Positions 37,974-44,066 of a DNA stretch of 44,066 nt are shown piece by piece. Made by a program: the position numbers and the translations under genes. Every line of letters starts with the position of its first letter. Position 1 is the first letter of the stretch. The notes below the pieces were generated by a model. The model was not told the origin of the DNA, made no database searches, and saw only the letters and a program-made list of their open reading frames with translations. The stretch is taken from positions 583,152 through 627,217 of the forward strand of contig NW_014577080.1 of the NCBI RefSeq assembly GCF_000485595.1, given 5' to 3'. The DNA comes from Priapulus caudatus (lineage: Eukaryota).

Positions 37974-38763
37974 TGCGGCGTTCACACAGTGCCGATTATC
38001 GCTCCCGTTTGAGATTAGACAGCGCTACGACACGAAAAGTGAAAAAGTCGGATTACTATCCTCAATGATCTGGAATGTCCTATCATTGTCTGAACGCAGT
38101 CGTATACGTTCGTAACAGAGTCCTACGGATCGGGAAACGTCCGGAGAGGTCGGCCAAGCACTCCCGACAGTTAGGTGCGTCCCGTAACATTCGGGAAACT
38201 CAGCCGATTTTGTCTAGTCGGATTACAATCGTGACTATGTCGTGACAGATTCTGCTGTATCGGATCAAAATCGTAGCAATGTCCTGTGTTGTCTGGACGG
38301 TGTATGGACGGTGTCCTGTGGATCGGGACGCTGTCGTGATGAACGGGCATGATCTGGAGAAATTTTGCGTCCAGATTGCGTCCAGATCTAACGGATGTCT
38401 TCCGTTAGCGTCGGTTCACTGTCGGGTCACTGTCTGATCTCTGTCGGATCGCATTCGGGAGAATCGGGACGCTGTCGGGACAGATTTGGTCGTTTTTTTA
38501 CCATGCGAAAGATACAAATCGGATCAGAATCGGATTGAGAACTGGAGAATCGGGACGAATTTGGCTGGAAACGGCTGAATCGGGACGCTTCCTGAACAAT
38601 ATCTGATTGTTGTCGTGATTAAATAAATGTTTTTACAAATTTGTAATAAAGTTTGAATTTTCCGCCACGAATCACAGGATCTTGATCAGACTTTTGACAA
38701 ATTTTAATCGGGAATGGCCCTATCAAGGACGGCAGTAGAAATCCTGAATGTGTGACTGGGCCT
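37974..38763. mobile_element. Non-autonomous PIF/Harbinger-like DNA transposon (~790 bp)
   Basis: Flanked on both sides by TAA (37971-37973 and 38764-38766). Imperfect TIRs: TGCGGCGTTCACACAGTGCCGATT versus the reverse-complemented right end AGGCCCAGTCACACATTCAGGATT. The interior is packed with ATCGGGA, TCGGGAC, TGTCGG and TCGGAT motifs and has no ORF. Confidence 0.65.
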
Positions 38764-41625
38764 TAAGGTTTTCGTTGGGATCTTAGTAAGCCACGTAAAA
38801 TGGAATACTTGATCTCATTCATCGGGTTTTTGTTATTGTTACTGTTCCAATAAGTTTTGTATACAAAATGCATGGCACGTGTTTAGATCCCGTTGTTTCG
38901 TAGACCTAGATATACCTATCTCTGAATCTGTGATTTATTTCAATTACATATGTCGATAATTTATCACTTTAGAGAAATGAAACGTGTTGAATCATCATTG
39001 TCAAGTTGCAATTGCGAAAATAATGCAATAGCAATTACTGTTAAATATAATATAATATAGTATATGGATTATCTATCGGATACAGTCTATCCTTTCATTG
39101 TTAATTAAAGATGATATTTATATAGCATATATGGTGATGGAGAACATTTTAATAGTTTTTAATTTCGTTCGCTCTCATCATTTCCCGTCCACACTTTGCA
39201 GACAATGTTTCCGCCGTAGAATGTATGGACTTGTTGGAGTAAGTAAACATTGTACATGCAGTAATGCATAAACATATAGTATGCATACATGCAGTAACGG
39301 CAACATGTGCATGCGCATTGTTACGTAGTACCCCTGAATCGCCGGGTGCAGTCAATTTTACCGAACAACCGCGATGAATCATGGTGAAAAACAGGGGGCT
39401 GTTCTAGCATCTGAAACCTATAGTGCTTGCGCTGAACTGAGTGAAATCCTGTTAGCATGGTAAAGCAAATTGATGCAACAGCAGCTAGTCAAGATGCTCA
39501 GAGACTGCTAATGAATCCAAACGTGCGCTGCGTTTCTATTAACAAAATACTTTTAAAGAAGAAGTATCTTAGGACTTCTACGTTGTGATTTTTCTACATA
39601 GTTCTTTAATTGTTTCTTTTTTGTTCATTCTCGTATCAGGCGGGGGGGGGCAAAATGAATCCTGCATGGGTACGTGTTAAAAGGACGCGGTTCATATAGT
39701 AAGCTGTAGATCGACATTACCTAAATAAGCACCCACATGGGAGCCGTTGGCAGTTATCCTAAATGGAGGATAGATAGTGAGTGTTGTCGTATATCGTAGG
39801 TATAAGCCTGACTTGCGATAGCCATATCAAAGAGACACTAGCACGCCGGATTTTTCCTCGTTCAGACGAATGAATGGAGAGTGGCCGAGGCCATAATACG
39901 GCTGCGCTGGAATTCCTAACGGCTTGCCGACGCTAATAAGCCTGATAAGCTGCAAAATAAATTACGCACACACATATATTATGAACGCTGGCGTGCATCT
40001 TCTATCACTGCTAATTACCGTGCTTACCCCGATGGAAATTGAACTGTGATATGACCATCGATGCTTAAGCGCATCGATGCTTAAGCGCGATTTAAAGTTT
40101 AAAGTGTTTAAACTCTTACGTAAAATCTTGCCTCGAGAGATTATTTATTGAGATGCGTTATCAAGAACGTATTTATTCAATCCTCATTGTCCCGTTTCAG
40201 TATTTATGCGAGATACACCGAGCATCTAGTAGACCACACACAGCAAAAGGATTTTTTATACTCATTCATGTTTCACACATTTTAGAGCGATTGTAGATAG
40301 ATCGTATGATACGTGGTGGCAATACCACAATAACCAAGGAAGTTATTTAAATAAACGAAGAAAACATAAGAGCACCTCCCGCAGAACAGAGAAATTAATT
40401 GTCGCATATCAACACCGCACCCTTGTCCTTGTCCCACGTGCTGAATCTTTACTGCAATACAAAAACACGTTACCTTTAATTCTCTAATCGTTACCATCGA
40501 TGTAAAAAAAAAAGTTACACGTTTTTACGCAACTCATTACTTGCGTCGAAAAATTTTGCAGTATATTTAAAAAAAAATTGCAATTATTATTAATTGTTCG
40601 TCGGAAAATGAGCACCCGTGGCAATAGGAATCTCACGATTACTCTCCAACTCGACGCCAATCTTCTTTTTTTACGCGGAAAACTGTTCATAACTAAACTG
40701 TATATATACCGAAATGTTAGTAACTGAATTCATCGGCAGCCTGCGAAGTCGGCACTCATGCGGTGGATTCGTAACGCCGGTCGATGAAGAGTAAGGAATG
40801 AGTCAACAACAGGCACAACACTCTACTTTATTAGCCATGATTAGGCCGCGCATGGTGCCAGCCGCATACTGAAATGCCCAGTGGTCCTCTCTATCACGGC
40901 TACTTCTTGACACTTGAACTCCGTTTCGTTAGATGTGGTTAATTTAACGATGAAGCTATTCCCCCCCCCCGCCACAAAGCTGTCATCTATATATACCCAT
41001 GCGCCGCAATTCAGGAAAACGACGCCGTCTGAAGCCTGGCTTTAATATATCAGACGCGCCAATACAGCTTTTATTTTGTTGGCCACACTGATGCAGAAAT
41101 TCAATTATTTTTTGGGGATTTATTTGCGAAGCTTGCCAACATTCGAGAGAAGGACGTGCTGTATATAGAGTGTCTTGCTCTTTGTCTGTCGCTAGTGCGA
41201 GTGAATTAACGTTCGGGAGAGCATACAGAAGATGTGAATTTGAAGTGGGCGGCGTGAAACGGCCACAAACTAACAAGTGCGCATTAGCATTATAATCACG
41301 GTAGCATTATATGCTCTTAGTATGGTTTGACGTTATCGGTTTCCTTTATTGATGCGTTTGCATTGGAAATCTGCAGTTTGTGTCACAGCCGGTGCAACGA
41401 TTAAGTTTCCACTGAACTATTTATTTTCAAATGAAGGCATTCATATAATATTGTTTTCTACATTCTGATATGATATCACCTTCTCGCACTCCCTATACTT
41501 CCCCTTTCATTCTTCCTTTTTCTCCACCCACCCCTACGCAGTCCCTCGTTCCCGTTCCCACTCTCGCTCTCCCTCCTCCCTTGTTCTCTTTGTTCTCCTC
41601 TATCGACATATTCTCTTCCCCTCTT

Positions 41626-41627
<2 letters not shown>

Positions 41628-41668
<41 letters not shown>

Positions 41669-42393
41669 NNNNNNNNNNNNNNNNNNNNNNNNNNNNNNNN
41701 NNNNNNNNNNNNNNNNNNNNNNNNNNNNNNNNNNNNNNNNNNNNNNNNNNNNNNNNNNNNNNNNNNNNNNNNNNNNNNNNNNNNNNNNNNNNNNNNNNNN
41801 NNNNNNNNNNNNNNNNNNNNNNNNNNNNNNNNNNNNNNNNNNNNNNNNNNNNNNNNNNNNNNNNNNNNNNNNNNNNNNNNNNNNNNNNNNNNNNNNNNNN
41901 NNNNNNNNNNNNNNNNNNNNNNNNNNNNNNNNNNNNNNNNNNNNNNNNNNNNNNNNNNNNNNNNNNNNNNNNNNNNNNNNNNNNNNNNNNNNNNNNNNNN
42001 NNNNNNNNNNNNNNNNNNNNNNNNNNNNNNNNNNNNNNNNNNNNNNNNNNNNNNNNNNNNNNNNNNNNNNNNNNNNNNNNNNNNNNNNNNNNNNNNNNNN
42101 NNNNNNNNNNNNNNNNNNNNNNNNNNNNNNNNNNNNNNNNNNNNNNNNNNNNNNNNNNNNNNNNNNNNNNNNNNNNNNNNNNNNNNNNNNNNNNNNNNNN
42201 NNNNNNNNNNNNNNNNNNNNNNNNNNNNNNNNNNNNNNNNNNNNNNNNNNNNNNNNNNNNNNNNNNNNNNNNNNNNNNNNNNNNNNNNNNNNNNNNNNNN
42301 NNNNNNNNNNNNNNNNNNNNNNNNNNNNNNNNNNNNNNNNNNNNNNNNNNNNNNNNNNNNNNNNNNNNNNNNNNNNNNNNNNNNNNNNNNNNN

Positions 42394-42446
<53 letters not shown>
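41628..42446. repeat. (CT)n and (GT)n microsatellites flanking an assembly gap (N at 41669-42393)
   Basis: Direct reading. Confidence 0.9.
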
Positions 42447-42451
<5 letters not shown>

Positions 42452-43464
42452 AAAATACCCATATATTTTAGATCACCTTTTAATTTGCATAAATAATCAA
42501 GTGTTTCGTATACTAAACCCTATTCCTGCTTAAAAACAGTTGTGCGAGAGATATCGCAAGCGATTTTGTACACGTAACAAATAGCAGTTATCTGAGTAGT
42601 TGTTTTAAGAGTCTCGGGGCTCTTAAAAACTCTAAAAAAAACTTGCGCAGGATGAATTGCGGTTGTCATTGTATGACGTGGCAATGTATGGCTTCATAAG
42701 CCGATGTCATGGAATAATGCGGCCGTTGGTAAGACAAGCAAACCTCATGCATAATGCCAACGGGTTGGGGATTTACATGCATCTATACGGCCGATTTAAA
42801 ATATTTCTTGCTCTACTGGACCGTCCCATGTATAAAGACGTCCCACTTTCTTTCCTGATTCAGCGTAAAATTGCGAGCAGTATCATATTAGAAGCAAAAA
42901 AGACATGTAAACTACATACTTCGGATGCTTGAATGTTCTTGGTGCCCGATTTCGCCTTAGATATGATATCATTACACACGGTCTGATAGATAGCTTTCAA
43001 TTGCCATGAATCAATCTGAATGGACTAGCCAGAGTTTGAAATTCACTGTTTGCTTCATTTTTTGTCGCGTTTTTTTTAGATATTTCGGATGAAGCTTGGC
43101 GAATCTTTATTTATGATGAGGAAATTACCCTTGCCGTTCCGCTGGGAGTAACTGGCAGGACAGATAATTTTACTCGAACGAGTCCTTCCCACCTAATGAT
43201 GGCGAGTAATGATAACGAAACCCCGCAATCGTGAGAAAAATCCAGCGCATCGCTGAATCGCTCTCATTTTCTATGAATTGCAATCGCAATCGACGCTGAA
43301 GGGTTTTCTGATATTTAGAGCTGATTTTAAATCATCTGTTCACATAATCAGAACACGCACAACATTCCCACTTTATCATCGTAACGCTACCTCCTGTACG
43401 CAACGCTCTGTCCCCCAGACCCGGGCACTAAAACATTGACATCAATGCAGAGATAATCTTTACG

Positions 43465-43680
43465 ATTACAATTACGCTGTTATACTGTAAAATTTCAGTT
43501 TACTTAGAACTGCTGCAATTGAAATTGACTAAGCCGTACTGCACAGATTATGAACAATTACAATTACTAGATTATGAACTATTACTATTACAATTACAAT
43601 ACCCTGTACAATCACGAAATATTATACGATAACGATTATGATTGCAACTACAATTCAAATTACTAATTGCTAGATAATTC
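43465..43680. repeat. Degenerate CAATTA/ATTAC-rich repeat, possibly a non-autonomous transposon remnant
   Basis: Recurrent ATTACAATTAC and AGATTATGAAC motifs; no termini identified. Confidence 0.5.
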
Positions 43681-44066
43681 CAGCTACACTATACTGAATT
43701 TCAACTTTTACAAAGTCACTTTTTAACTTTGTAAAAGTTGAAATTTTAATTAGCCGCTTAGAGACCGCTATTCACGATACGTGCATGATGACAACTATTC
43801 CTGTTAGTACCGGTATCTTCCCACCGTACGCAAACCGAAGGCTGGCAACCAACGAAATTTACAGTAACTCGCGTTATAAGCATCTCTCACGACCACGTTG
43901 TTTACAGTCAAGGCGCGATGCACATGGCTGCACCTGTGTAATTTCCCGTGGGTGGCAGCGCAGCAGCTATAACCATGTCCTCTATAGCCGTTCTTTTCAA
44001 CGCCGTGCGCAGTTCTCGCTCTCTCTCTCTCTCCCTCCCTCTCTCCCTCCCTCCCTCTCTCCCTCT

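Noticed and set aside
38040..38720. Recurrent short motifs considered as a possible CRISPR-like array
   Set aside because: The motifs are 6-9 nt, irregularly spaced and in both orientations within a TIR element; the context is eukaryotic with no cas genes.
40754..40790. Resemblance to the 5' end of 5.8S rRNA (GCGGTGGAT...GTCGATGAAGA)
   Set aside because: Only two short matches, with a spacer that differs from the rRNA as I recall it, no continuation (AACGCAGC absent) and no flanking rDNA. An Infernal search with RF00002 would settle it.
40983..41276. 97-aa minus-strand ORF in clean sequence
   Set aside because: Non-ATG start, no recognisable motif and no codon bias like that of the supported gene; its length is compatible with chance.

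Overview
Eukaryotic genomic DNA, most likely from an invertebrate animal, extremely rich in microsatellites. It looks like a hybrid draft assembly in which clean contigs alternate with uncorrected, insertion-rich long-read sequence; two gaps are exactly 25 N and two are large. About 1-19.5 kb is a head-to-tail series of three copies of a 6-8 kb non-coding unit joined by GATA-GGAT-GATA compound satellites; each copy carries a Harbinger-type MITE (truncated in copy 1). The only well-supported gene is on the minus strand and is present twice (about 20.3-23.1 kb, split by a gap; about 29.4-31.5 kb). It has a TATA box, a non-coding first exon, a 5'-UTR intron, a single coding exon and an AATAAA site, and encodes a ~400-aa Cys-free secreted Gly/Ser/Thr/Arg/Phe-rich repeat protein that I cannot assign to a named family. 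Between the copies is a frameshifted transposase-like relic (CxxC...CxxC, DHxY, MHSRN, VDNYD). A second ~790-bp Harbinger-type element lies at 37974-38763, and a 1.4-kb segment is duplicated (32.5-33.9 and 35.5-37.9 kb). The long poly-T and poly-G tracts are best explained as sequencing artefacts. Nearly all ORF-track entries are translations of simple repeats. I see no prokaryotic system, CRISPR array or intact RNA gene.
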